A program made the position numbers and the translations under genes. From Phoronis australis (taxonomy: Eukaryota > Animalia > Phoronida): a stretch of 64,000 nucleotides of DNA. The DNA is taken from contig NMRA01000712.1 of assembly GCA_002633005.1 (NCBI GenBank), forward strand, positions 1 through 64,000, read 5' to 3'. The notes under the pieces were generated by a model. That model was given only the letters and a program-made list of their open reading frames with translations, did no database searches and was not told where the DNA came from. This document shows, piece by piece, positions 27,301 through 39,300 of the stretch; within the stretch, counting starts at the first letter, position 1, and each line of letters opens with the position of its first letter.

Positions 27301-30300
27301 TTCAAAAGTATCATTACCCTGTTTTTGTCATTCAAAGGTCAGAAAGTAAGTTTCTCTTCTGAGAACGAGTTAAAGTTGTTTAGCTAGGCGAGTTTCTTTT
27401 AGGTTTGGTTAGATCTCACAAGGTCAGGCTGGTGAAACCAGAGGTCCTATTAGTGTGGCTTGTGCTCCTAATTCTACTAGCGTACGGCACCAAAATGACA
27501 AATACGCCCAATGTTATTGAATAGCTATGCTGAATTGTTTACTTTAATTTGTGAATAATTTATATAGAAATACTCAGAATACTGGGCTGTTTTGATTTTG
27601 TGAGCGAAGATTTTTCTAATCATTTGTGTTGTGAATGGCGGGGTCATTATACCAACGGTTATAATGACTGTGGAATTCTTATCTGACTGGTCGTTATGTT
27701 CTCCTCAGCGTGGCTCAGCAGGAGGTGAACTCATTGAAGAGCCAACTGCAGATTATTCAGACGGAGATGAGTAACAACGTACGTAACCTGACGGCTGCAG
27801 ACAGCGCAAGGAAGGCTGCGGAGCAGAAGTCGGCCATGAAGGATGACCAAGTGAAGAGGCTGGAACAAACTAAGGTACATCAAGAGTTATCGGGAGAAAA
27901 TGACTTGAGAATCTCAGTCACGAAGGTCGAGTCCTAGTGGAGTTCATCATCAGAGGAGCTAGAAAGACTAGTCGTCGTGTGGGAGACGTTAATTTGTACA
28001 CTTAGTTTCGGGTGTAATGTGGGATGAGCATTGGCTAATAGCTTATGGAGGGCCGTAAATGCGGTACTTCTGTGGGAAGTCTAAAATAAAATCACTAAGG
28101 ACCACTAGTTTTTCCATTTGCCACCAGTCATCTCCATATTACCACCTACGTTTTTCACGGAAAAATTCTCGAATCTAGCGTGTTTGCATCATGATATCGC
28201 GAGGCGAAATTTTTGCACTTCACCAGTCTTCAACATGGTGGTGACTAGCACAATGGTCTGGTACATTTCTATTTCTTCACACAAGAGCAGGGCACTCCTG
28301 AGTGAGCTGTTGTCTGTGCATCACTATTTGTCTAGGGTTGTCTCGATCTCGTCATTTTCACCCGCGCCGTACGTCGCCTGTTTTAGGAGGAGCTGACCAA
28401 ACAACTGCACCAGTACGAGCACCGTGCCAACACACTGAGTAAGGAGAACGAGACGGTGGCAGCACAGAAACAACAGCTGGAGAACGAATGTGCCAACATG
28501 CGCAACCGTCTGAACAACGTAGAGGCCTCCGCCGGTAGCAAGGTTAAGGTAGTGACCAATTTATATTTTAAGATGTCTTTAAAAATCTTTCATGTTATAC
28601 CCAAGCTATTATCAAAGAGTATCACTGAATGTCAAAATTTGTACACAGGAAAGACTTTACTGGTCATTGTGGCTCAATGAAAGTAGTTCACTAATGAGAT
28701 AACTTTGTTGTGGAGATGACAGTTTTATATAAGTGGAAATAGAAATATTCACTAGATGTGCTGATGGAGTGCATTTAGTTAAGATGGGTGTCTTGAGAGT
28801 TAGGCGAAAACATGCATCTCTCATTGAGAAATCGTGTGTATTTCAGTCGTAGCATGTGATCTCACTGGCTTTCAATGACTGGTGCCTAGTGTTATTGACT
28901 TTATGTCTTACATGCAATGTTGCATTAATGACAAAATGGCTGATCAAATACCTATCCTGTTAAGAAACGACCGAGTATGTTGCGACAGGATACCGAGAAA
29001 GCCCTGGGTGATCTGCAGACTCAACTGGCGTCTGCCAATGAACTGCTGGCCGGCCTGCGTAAGACAGAGACAGAGAAAGCGGCAGAGATCACCAGCCTGC
29101 GTCAGGACAACCAGAGATTGGCTGGGGAACTGAAGGTGATGCAGGAGCGCCCGGTGGCAGCGCCAGCACCAGCTGCAGTGAACGGGGACCTGCACCAGGA
29201 TGAGGCTACACAGAAAATGTACGTGGAGTTGAGCTGAAGTGTAATGATCTTAATTGTCTTGCTTTCTTCTTTGGTTTTGTTCATAATCCGTTTGGTTTGG
29301 TTGATTTGCGATGTTTGTTTTCATGAAGAAATGTAATGAAGTAAAGTTCGTTTGTGCTCAAAGATGATGATTTATCCTAGTAAGCATTTTGCAGTTTTCG
29401 CGAGCTCACGCTGAGGCGAGAGTCTAATGCTAACCTATGGCTGTGTTTGGCTTCATTGCCTGTTCTACCACGTGTTTTGTGAAGGTTGACAGACAGCCAG
29501 AAGGAAGTGGAACAACTCAAGCTGGAGGTACAAACTAAGGCGACAGAACTGAACAAACTTGGTGAAGATCTGGCTGCACAGACAAAGAAAAATAATGTAA
29601 GAAGCCAGACTCTTTGGCAGCACGTGGCTTATAGATTTCGCTAGGCTGAATAAAAGTGAACAAGTCAGTCAAAAGCTGTACATTTATGTCTAGCTGATTA
29701 AGCATATGTACATTGAATGTTATCATGAAATCTGATTTGGTTAAACGGTGGCATATTTTTTATCAAGTATTTTTAAATTTATACTTCTACGCCTCACAAT
29801 ATGCTTTTTCCTTGTGAGTGTTTTGCAGTGAAGTTATTATGTTTTGCACAAATGATAAGATGTTGGTTGATCTATCTGTTCAATCTTTGCTGACAACTGA
29901 CTTGTTTGCTGCTTGTGGTGTTTTACTTTGGCTCAATTAAGCACCCAGGTGTCTATTAACTTAGGACTGATTGCGGTTTTGCAACGCCTCACACTCTTGC
30001 AATAAATACCTTAACCCTGGCACTTAATTGAGCTAATAGAATAGACGGGGCCATCAAGGAATTTGTTTTGTGCTTGCAGAACCCTACGTTTCTTTCATTA
30101 TAGAAACAAGACAAAGTGCTACTTTTGATATTTTGAAAAACAATCAGCAGCTGCTTTTGTTGAAAAAACTGTAGCGTGTTTTATGATTTACTGCTATTCA
30201 TCAAACCAATCTCTATGCTGGATTTATTTTCTACAATTTAAGTGACAAAAATAAAATTTGGGTCTTCAGTATTTTAATTTTGTCTTTACACAACACCACT

Positions 30301-33300
30301 GTTCATCTGGACCCTGAAAAGTTGCAGACTTGTTCACGGCTTCTCGTGTTGTCATACCTTTAATGTTACTATTTAGACAGAACACTGAAGGCACCCTCTC
30401 TTAGTTGACCAATTGTTCACGGCATAAGTATGGTGCAAAATTATACCAAATTCCTTATAGTGGTGACAAACCCTGGTGGGACTCCCCAGTATGGCGGTTG
30501 GTGCGAGTGGAATTCAGCCTCTGATTGGCTAGATTAACTATTCGTGACTACAAATTACTCGTCGTGATGAAGCTTTGTCGTATTACAGTGTACATTACGA
30601 AAATCGTCTGGCTTAATCAATGTTATAGCGCAAACCCAGAAGAAAAACAAATGAAAAATAATGCTAAATCATTTCGAAAATTAGTCGATATTTTTTGTTT
30701 TTTCGAAATTTCAACAAATTTTCGATGAGAAGAAATGTTAACTTTTTAGAAAACTACTGTACTGTGTCTACAAGCTTTATTGGTGGTTATGCTCCGATCT
30801 TTATCTAGTTTGTGTGTGTGTGCGTGCGTGCATGCGAGCGCGCGCGCGTGTGTGTGCGAGCGCGTGTGTGTGGGAATTGTGTTACAAGTAGTTTTCTTCA
30901 CTCATACAGGAACTGCGGCAGAAAAACAGCAAAGTCATGGAGGCCCTCACGATGTCGGAAAAATCTGCCGAACGTGCCGTTCAGCTAAAAGCTGATGTTC
31001 ATGCCAAAAATGCCGAAATAGAACAAATTAAGCACGACTTGGACTGTCTAAAGAATTTGAACAATGTAAGCAGATGTCTGCTGTACATTTGTATCATCTG
31101 TTTTGTTCCGTTTTGTTTTTTGATCAGTGTCCAGTTTGTTTTTTGTTTTCAGGTTCTGTTGTCAATGTCATACATACGAAAGAATTCTTCAATTTGGGAT
31201 GAACGTACTTGCAAAAATTGCTTTTTTGTTTCGCCATGGTTACAGATGCTCGAAGTTTTACCTAATGTTTTTGGTGACAAAAGGAAAGTCCGTCGTACTG
31301 TGTCCTAAATTGTTGGAGTCCATCGAAATTGTGTTGTTACTAAACTGATTTTCAGTAAGAGCTTGCATTGATTGTGCTTGCTCTGCACGGAATTCAATTG
31401 GAGGTGTGCACATTCAACGAATTTATTGCAAACAACTCTGTGCTCTGGTGTAACTGCGTGAGGTTTCTGTTGGTTGTTGTTTTTGTTCGTTCATTGTTTG
31501 TGACTTATCTGAATGTTTCCTTTTTACTGACCAATATTTACTGGATAATTGATTAGACTGGTAGTTCCTGATTAGTTGCCCTGCCGGAAGATAACCAAAC
31601 ATTTAAAGATAGGTGTGTAATTTTATTAGCATAGACCTCCAGTGTGTGAATCTCACTCACTACTAACGCCTGGTGTGACTGTGTCTCTGAACTTGTCATC
31701 GATCTTTGGTAGGAGCTCGTACAGCAAGTGTCCACCTTAAGTTCTCAACAGTCGTCCACTGAAGAATTAGATAAACTAAGAGCCGATTTGAACAAGAAGG
31801 TAGGCGAGCTGACGAAAGTTCAAGCTGAGCGCGACAGTAAGTCATCGGAATTGTCAAAAGCTACCGCAGAACTGTCCGCCGTTCGATCCAGTACACAGGA
31901 GGAGCTGGCAAGACTCCGAGTGGAGAAGAAGAACGCATCGGCGGAAGTGGAGTCAGTGCGACAGACGCTGAACAACAAAGTGAAGGACCTCCAGTCTGAG
32001 ATGCAAATAATGACAAGGGAAATGGCCAGGCAGTCGGCCGAGCTGCAGTCCGTCCGCGAGCAGACGACACAGCAGAGTGATGATAACGGGGACGCGCTCC
32101 GCCGCAATCTGGCAACGTCATCCGAGGAACTCGCAGCAGCCAAAGCGGAGATGGAAGCTCTGAAGAAAGACAATGCCGTAAGCTTGCATGCTGTCCCAAG
32201 AAAGTCACGTGTCTCTGTTTTGTTGTTGTTTTCTGTTTAAACAAATTCACCTTTAGTAGACATACTGCACTACAGTACCAAATCTTGGCTGTTCTCTCAT
32301 TACCCTAAACGTGTTGTTTATATTTTAATATGAAATCCTAAGCATTAACATGAACATTATTTCACGTCAATAGTTTTCCATAACATTGCACAGGTGTGTT
32401 TCTGATTTTTCCTTTCTTGTTTACACCTTCATGTAAACTCTGTCCTGGTACTGTCGCCCTTCTGATCCTTTGGGTCTCGCTCTTCTGGTTAAGTTCAACC
32501 CGTCCCTCACCTTAGTTTTCATTTTTGTTCTCTTTCAACGTTGGTCAGGAGTTGCAGGAAGAGAGGCGGAAGTTGTCGGAGTCAGCGGCGCAGAACAAAG
32601 AACTCTCGAATCAGCTGGCCAAAGTGCAAGACGTGCTGGCGGCACGGTTGGCCGACGTCGACAACTTGAAACAAGAACTCGAGTCACAGTACCAGGCAAA
32701 AAATGTGAGCTTTACTCATCACCATCACTGCAATTATGTTTCCCTGTCTCTCATCATTCTGTTTGTTTTGTGCACCGCTATCCATTAATATCAGGTTGCT
32801 GCCGGCGTTTTGTTGACGAATACCTTAGTGCATTCTGTATTGGAATCTCATTTCTGTCCATTTCGATAATCCCAAGTTTTAAGTGCTTCTTGCGAAGTCT
32901 TTCAGCATACAGTGCTGCTATGTCAAAATATGTGCCATACCTCTGATATGCAGTTTTTGTTTGCCCTGATATAGTGAATCCACGGTGCTCTGTTCCTTAA
33001 AGTTAAAGGGACGTGATCGATTTAACTTACGAAAAATCCATTTTCAGAACAATTGTTGGATGGGATAGATTTCTTGAAGATAATTTCTTTGAGCAGAGCT
33101 AAAAACAACAAAATCTGTGTTGTGTTGTGTTTTTGTGGTTTCATTTCAAATTGCCAATCCTCATCATTATCTGCCAGACATTCGTTGATCGTAAGACCGG
33201 TGACTGCCGCTCATCAGTTGGGGTTTAGATTCNAGCATACAGTGCTGCTACGTCAAAATATGTGCCATACCTCTGGTATGCAGTTTTTGTTTGCCCTGAT

Positions 33301-36300
33301 ATAGTGAATCCACGGTGCTCTGTTCCTTAAAGTTAAAGGGACGTGATCGATTTAACTTACGAAAAATCCATTTTCAGAACAATTGTTGGATGGGATAGAT
33401 TTCTTGAAGATAATTTCTTTGAGCAGAGCTAAAAACAACAAAATCTGTGTTGTGTTGTGTTTTTGTGGTTTCATTTCAAATTGCCAATCCTCATCATTAT
33501 CTGCCAGACATTCGTTGATCGTAAGACCGGTGACTGCCGCTCATCAGTTGGGGTTTAGATTCATAAGCAAAGCATTGAATTGCGACCTCTGAGGTTGAAT
33601 TTGATTCCACATTGGGACTGATCTCGGAAAAACACTCGTCCAATCAATAATGTGACTTTAATAGAGACCGTGGAATAAAGGAGAAATGGTCATTTCTTTA
33701 CAATACGTAAGAAATGCGTGAAAATAGGAATGATTTAGTGAAAAGGATACCTTGTTAGGTAGTATACCTCTGAAGGGACAGGTGTTTTGGTTTCCCCATT
33801 ACTTGTATTGGGGATATTTTAGGCTCTGGAAGAACAATATGTGCAGGCTCGTCGGAGCTTGTCCGAGTCTGAGGGCTCCTTGGAGGAAGTAGCTCGCTTG
33901 CAGACATTACTCGAAACTAGAGATAAGGAGCTTCAGTCAGTGAAAGAACAACTGGACCAGGGTACCAAGCTTTCAGATGTAAGACTAAGCTTGTAGGCTA
34001 TTCTCTGCTAGTCTTGGTTTTCGAAGCTTGCTATAGTTATTAGTGCATGGATGTAGTATAATTTGGTAGGCAGTTGCTCCTATTCAGTTGTCGGTCAATC
34101 TCTTTTCAGCTATAAATACACAATTACAAGTCTGTTTTGAATGGAATTATTTGTGCATATTTAGGCTTTATATAACCTTTGAGCTTTTTGTAGCTTCGCA
34201 GTCCAGGGCCCTCACATACCTGAGAGGAAGGTGTCTGCCTTCTGAGAAGGGAATTTTTTGGTTGAGGGGAATTTTATCCCCCGGTTACGTCAAGTCCACC
34301 GCTGGTCACCATGCCACCCCTGATCGACAATGCTTCAAGTAGGCAAAACTTGCGTTTTGCAAAAATGGTTCTAACCTTCAGAGGAATTTTTTATCATGGA
34401 AAGGAAATTGTTGTTCCTGATGAGGGAGATTTCGCATGATTTTTAAATATTTTTCATAGGAATATGGGGCCAATATTCAGCCCAAAAATCAAGGGCCCTG
34501 CGATCCACGTAACCTGCTTGCATGGTATAGTGTAGAGGCCTCTATTCTTTCTCTGCTTACTAAGGTAAATAATGTGTTGTTGTTGTTCAGGTTCAATTCC
34601 TGAATTGGCAGGATTGGAGTTTGAGACAAGTTCTTTGTAATTCAGTATTTGCTGTTCAGTTTCATTGCTAATGCGTGCACCGATGTCGGAAAAGGATTTT
34701 TGAATGTCTCCGGGATATCCTGTATAGAATTGGAAGAATTGCATCAGCCAATGAAATGATTATCTCACAGCTGCTTTGTGCATGATGGCTTTGAATTCGT
34801 TTCTGCTTTCACCAACTTTGGGTTTCGTGACAAAGTAGGTTGGCTATGTCAGTTATTCTTTGTTGTGCTTTTATGACAATTACGATGTCAAGCTCGCAAC
34901 AGGAAGACTTGTGTAGGTTCGTATTTACTGTTAGTAGGTTAAATTACAGTAAACGTGCTGTATCATGATTTGATCTTGAGTTGGAACTTAAATTTATGCA
35001 TCCACATTAAATTTGTTTGTGTTGGCTTGTTGTGAAAACATATAACAATTTGCTGAAATCACGCATTCATTTGCTTCCATGAGCTTTAAAATTATTATCG
35101 CTTAAATATCAATGTGGGGTGACGTGATTTGACTGTTTTTCTCTCCCATCTCTGACACCAGGAATCTACTGACTTTGTATCGAAGTTCCGATCAGAGCTT
35201 GACTCAAAGCTCACCGAGATCCTTTGGCTGAGCGGTGAGCTGGAGACGCAGAAGCGGATCAACATCGTAAGCTCCATCGTTAAACTGAGCTTGACGCCAC
35301 CTGGCAACACTGTTCTAGTTAGCTGGACGCTCACGTACGCTTAGCGCAACGTTAACGACGCTTACTGTGGCAAGGCAGTGACAGTTGTTACTAATCTTGA
35401 GTCACGCAGACTAATGGATTGTATTTGGACACTTAGGGTAGCTGTATTTGCAAATTCTGAAGTGATTGGAAATTTTTTTTAAAACTAGTGGCAGCAGTTA
35501 CCCAAGAAGTGCCTACATTGTGGCAAATGGTATATTTTTACCTTAACGTCATTTAAAAAGTGTCAGCTGTGGCGTAGTATCTGGTTGTTGAGAGAAAAGT
35601 TCTACGTCGATCAGTCTATAGATATCTCTAATCACTTAACATCGAATTGTTTGAATTCACAATTTACTTATTCATAAGAAGTGTAGTTAATTAAAGTTTA
35701 CAATAGTTTAGAAAAGTACACCTTAATGTAGTTCTAGGCTGTCCTAAATATTTCAGATACAGTGAGTTAGTCATTTGTAAGAACATTGCGTACAGAGCAA
35801 TAAAACTCCTCTCTTCTGTTGTTCATAACTGATATCTTTTTTTAATTGAAAATGAATTCAGGTAAGACTATTTTAGTTCTGGTTGCAGGCTATTGGTTTA
35901 TATTACTTGCAAAAGCTGGTGACTAGCTTTGTCAATTGGAGTGGAGGTTTTGGGCTTTTTGCAAACACTGAAAGCCTGTCAGTAAATTCAGAGAACGTTC
36001 ATATTTGTTGTCTAATGATGCTCTGCTGCATTGCCAAACAATGCAAACAAAGATTTTTGAGCAAGAGTGTAATAGTTAAATTAGTTGAAATGCAATTTCA
36101 AATTAAGCATAAATGAATATTCACAGAGTTGAATAATGACCTAGAAGATATCACCTAACGCATGAGTTATGTTCATTTAGGATCTTCGAAATCAGTTATC
36201 CAATCGTGAACACGGTCGAATAGATGTAGTACAGTTGTGGAAGGAGCTTAACCAGCGACAGGCTCGCATTGATTTGCTAGGTGCTCAGTTGGCTGACGAA

Positions 36301-39300
36301 CACAATTGTAGTCACGTAAGAAGCCGTCACTCCATGCATGAGGGCTTCATTGTTTCACTGATTTGTGTTTTGGCACGGTTTTTATTCGCGCACGATGTGT
36401 CTGGCTGTAACGTGATTCTGAAAGGGAACAATGTATCAGTGCAATGGTCTTTCGTATATTTACTGTTACGGATTTAAATGTATGGAAATAGTTTTCATAG
36501 TTGAAGGGAAGTCTACTCAATAACTCAGACATACCATTATTTGCCTTGTCTGATGACTCGGTAATTTTTATCAGTTTCAGTTACATTGTTGAAGTTGTGG
36601 CTTGCTTACAAGCTTAACTACTGGTCATTGCTTATACTGATAAGATGTAGTAGTTCGTCAACTATTTCACAAGTTTTGGGCGTACACCCTCTAATACAAA
36701 AATCCTTTCTCACTTTCTTCAACGCATGGTCATTTCTCACTGCTTGAATCTAACATTAGGTTATATACTGGAAGTCCCTGTACACTCTCTCTGTCCCTGT
36801 CCATCATTCCTCTGGTCTCAATGAGAAGCTTTGGCTTTTTCAAACTTGGAGCCTTGTATCTGTAGATCATATCTGGAGATGACTTGAACTGAGTGCTGCA
36901 CTGTCTGCCAGTGTATCTTTCCTAAGATTTCAAGGTTTGGCTTGATCCAACTTGTAAGCTTCAGATCTGCTGATCATCGCATCTGGAGACGACTTGAGTT
37001 AGCTGCTTCACGGCGTGACTTCATGCTGATGATTTATGCTTTCGTTATTCACTGGGCAAAGTGCAAGCTTTCTCTTTTACAGCTGCAACAAACGCTTGGT
37101 GCGAGGCAACGTGTTTTTTTTTCCTTTCAGACCATTGCTTTTCTGTTTTGCATGTTGCATGACAGAGTAACGGACCGTGCTGTGGCATTCTCAGAGTAAG
37201 AGTGCTTGTATGAATTTGTGTTGCTGATTATCGATGTAATGACAGTCAAACTGTGGAGTGTTGTGATCAAGTTCAAAGAATGTATTTTAATTTTGTGCTT
37301 GCGTGCTCATCTAGGCTAATGCCCAGGGCGGTTACATGGGGAACCACAAAAATTTCAGGGTTGGTGAATACAATTCCAAAACATGGAAAGTGAAATTAGA
37401 AATATTTTGAAATTCTGGAGAGGGGTGGGTAGTTACTGGTAAAGTATATCTTGTTTGTTTTTAGTCTCTTACCTGTGTAGTCTTCATTAGCACTAATTGG
37501 TTCTCGTTGAATATAGAATTAATTTCTCTGAGCCAAGATTACATCGGACGTAGCTCTGCCCACCACAGAGGACAAGTGAACGTTTTTGTGCGGTAAGATT
37601 TAGCAGTAACACAACTGTTGTATGGTTTTGTAGGATCTCCGCCAAAAGAACTCTGTTGCCATGGAAGCTCTTGAAAAGGCTGAAAAGGCTGTTAAAAAGG
37701 TATGAAATAATCGCAAAAAGACCCTGATTGAATGAGCATCCTCATGATGTTATGTCCAAAATTTTTTCTGCCTTTTGATGAATGCTCTCTTTCTAAAACA
37801 TTTCTTTTCTCATGAATCGCAAGTCTTTTTAATCTGTGATAGAAGACATGAGTAAGGTGTGCGGGCGGGCGCGTGCGTGTATGTACGTATATGATATTAA
37901 AACAGTCTTTTGCGACTGTGTTCAACTGCCTTTCATGAGGTGAAGCAGTTGCTAAGAATAGATTGCTGTTGGTAGGATAGGAATAGAATTGCAGTTTGTG
38001 AGAAAAGACGGTTTTGATGGGGAAAGGACGTTTCAAGTGAAACAGTTGTTTCTCAAAGGAGCATTATAGTGAATCCCAGAGTTATGAATGTGCTCTGAAT
38101 GGTGAACTTTTTTTCTGACGCTAAATCTCTTAAACACTCGTAAACTGGAAAATGAATGCAGTGTCACGTGATTGTCCAACTAGTTGTTTTCCTTTATAGT
38201 GGCGATATGGTTGAACATGCTTTATCGCCACAGATGGTGATAGGGTATTTGGTGGGCAACGTTCTGTGCCACCTATAGTTCACCTTTTACGAGAACAGTT
38301 ATTTAAGTTAGGTGGACTTCACATGGTTGTTTATTAATTCTTCATGATCATCATGCCATTAAAATACCACTGATATACGGTGGGATATATAAATTATTCT
38401 AGCAAGAATGTTCATCATCGCAACATATCCTTGAGTGAAAGAAAGTGCATTACGTCTTTGTCAACTCTGACCATCTTACAGACAGAAATTCGATTTTGGG
38501 TCAAGCCACTGTAAAGAGTTGTGTATTGTTTACCATCAAGTGACCTATCGCAGGCTTCGCCCACTTGCGAAATGTCGACAATAAGTTTTACCCAACAACG
38601 TGTTGTTTGTCGGGTAAAATGGCGACTTGGAAACGAAGGTGTGTCAAGAATGCTGTGTTCTGATTGGTCATTTCAGCTGTCACTCAAAATCCTGGTGATA
38701 GGTCAATTGTGTTTTGTTGCTGTTGCAGGATTCCACCACTGACGATACTATGTACACCCAGGTCCTGTGTAGGTTGTTCCCCGACGTGTCTGTCTCGGCT
38801 GATAGTAAGGTGTGTAATCATATGATGTTATACATCTAGGCACAGTTGCTTATGCAGTATACAGTAGATAGTCACAGTGTCATCACACTATGGCACAATA
38901 CATTCTAATAGTTGAATGAAGCTTTTGAGGCCACATGATATAATGAAAGGTTCCTGTTATCAGAATAGATTGAGAGTGGGTGAGGCATGTTCGTGGAATT
39001 GACCTATCGCAAGCTCCGCCCCTTGGGAAATGTCGACAAACAATAAGTTTTACCCGGCAACGTGTTGCTTGTCAGGTAAAATGGCAGCTTGGTAACGAAG
39101 ATATGTCTAGAATGCTGCATTCTGATTGGTCAGTTCAGTCATCACTCAAAATCCTGGCGACAGGTTAATTGCTGTCCTATGAGATAGCGTGGGCTAGGGT
39201 CTGTAGAAGCAAATCTTCTCGAGGTATGGTTGTGTGTTACATGCAAAGCACATGATCACACTAGCTTATCTCACAAGTGTCTTGCGTCTGTGGAATGCAG

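Noticed and set aside
31820-32250. Minus-strand ORFs overlapping RRBP1 exons (also 15998-16366, 26263-26469, 28944-29284, 35095-35334)
   Set aside because: These are antisense shadows of GC-rich coding exons, with no independent gene signals.
32904-33562. 329-bp tandem duplication yielding twin ORFs (33053-33304, 33383-33592) inside the exon array
   Set aside because: The copies abut a single N and differ at only two positions seen. This is typical of an unmerged contig or haplotype overlap. It contains no exon.
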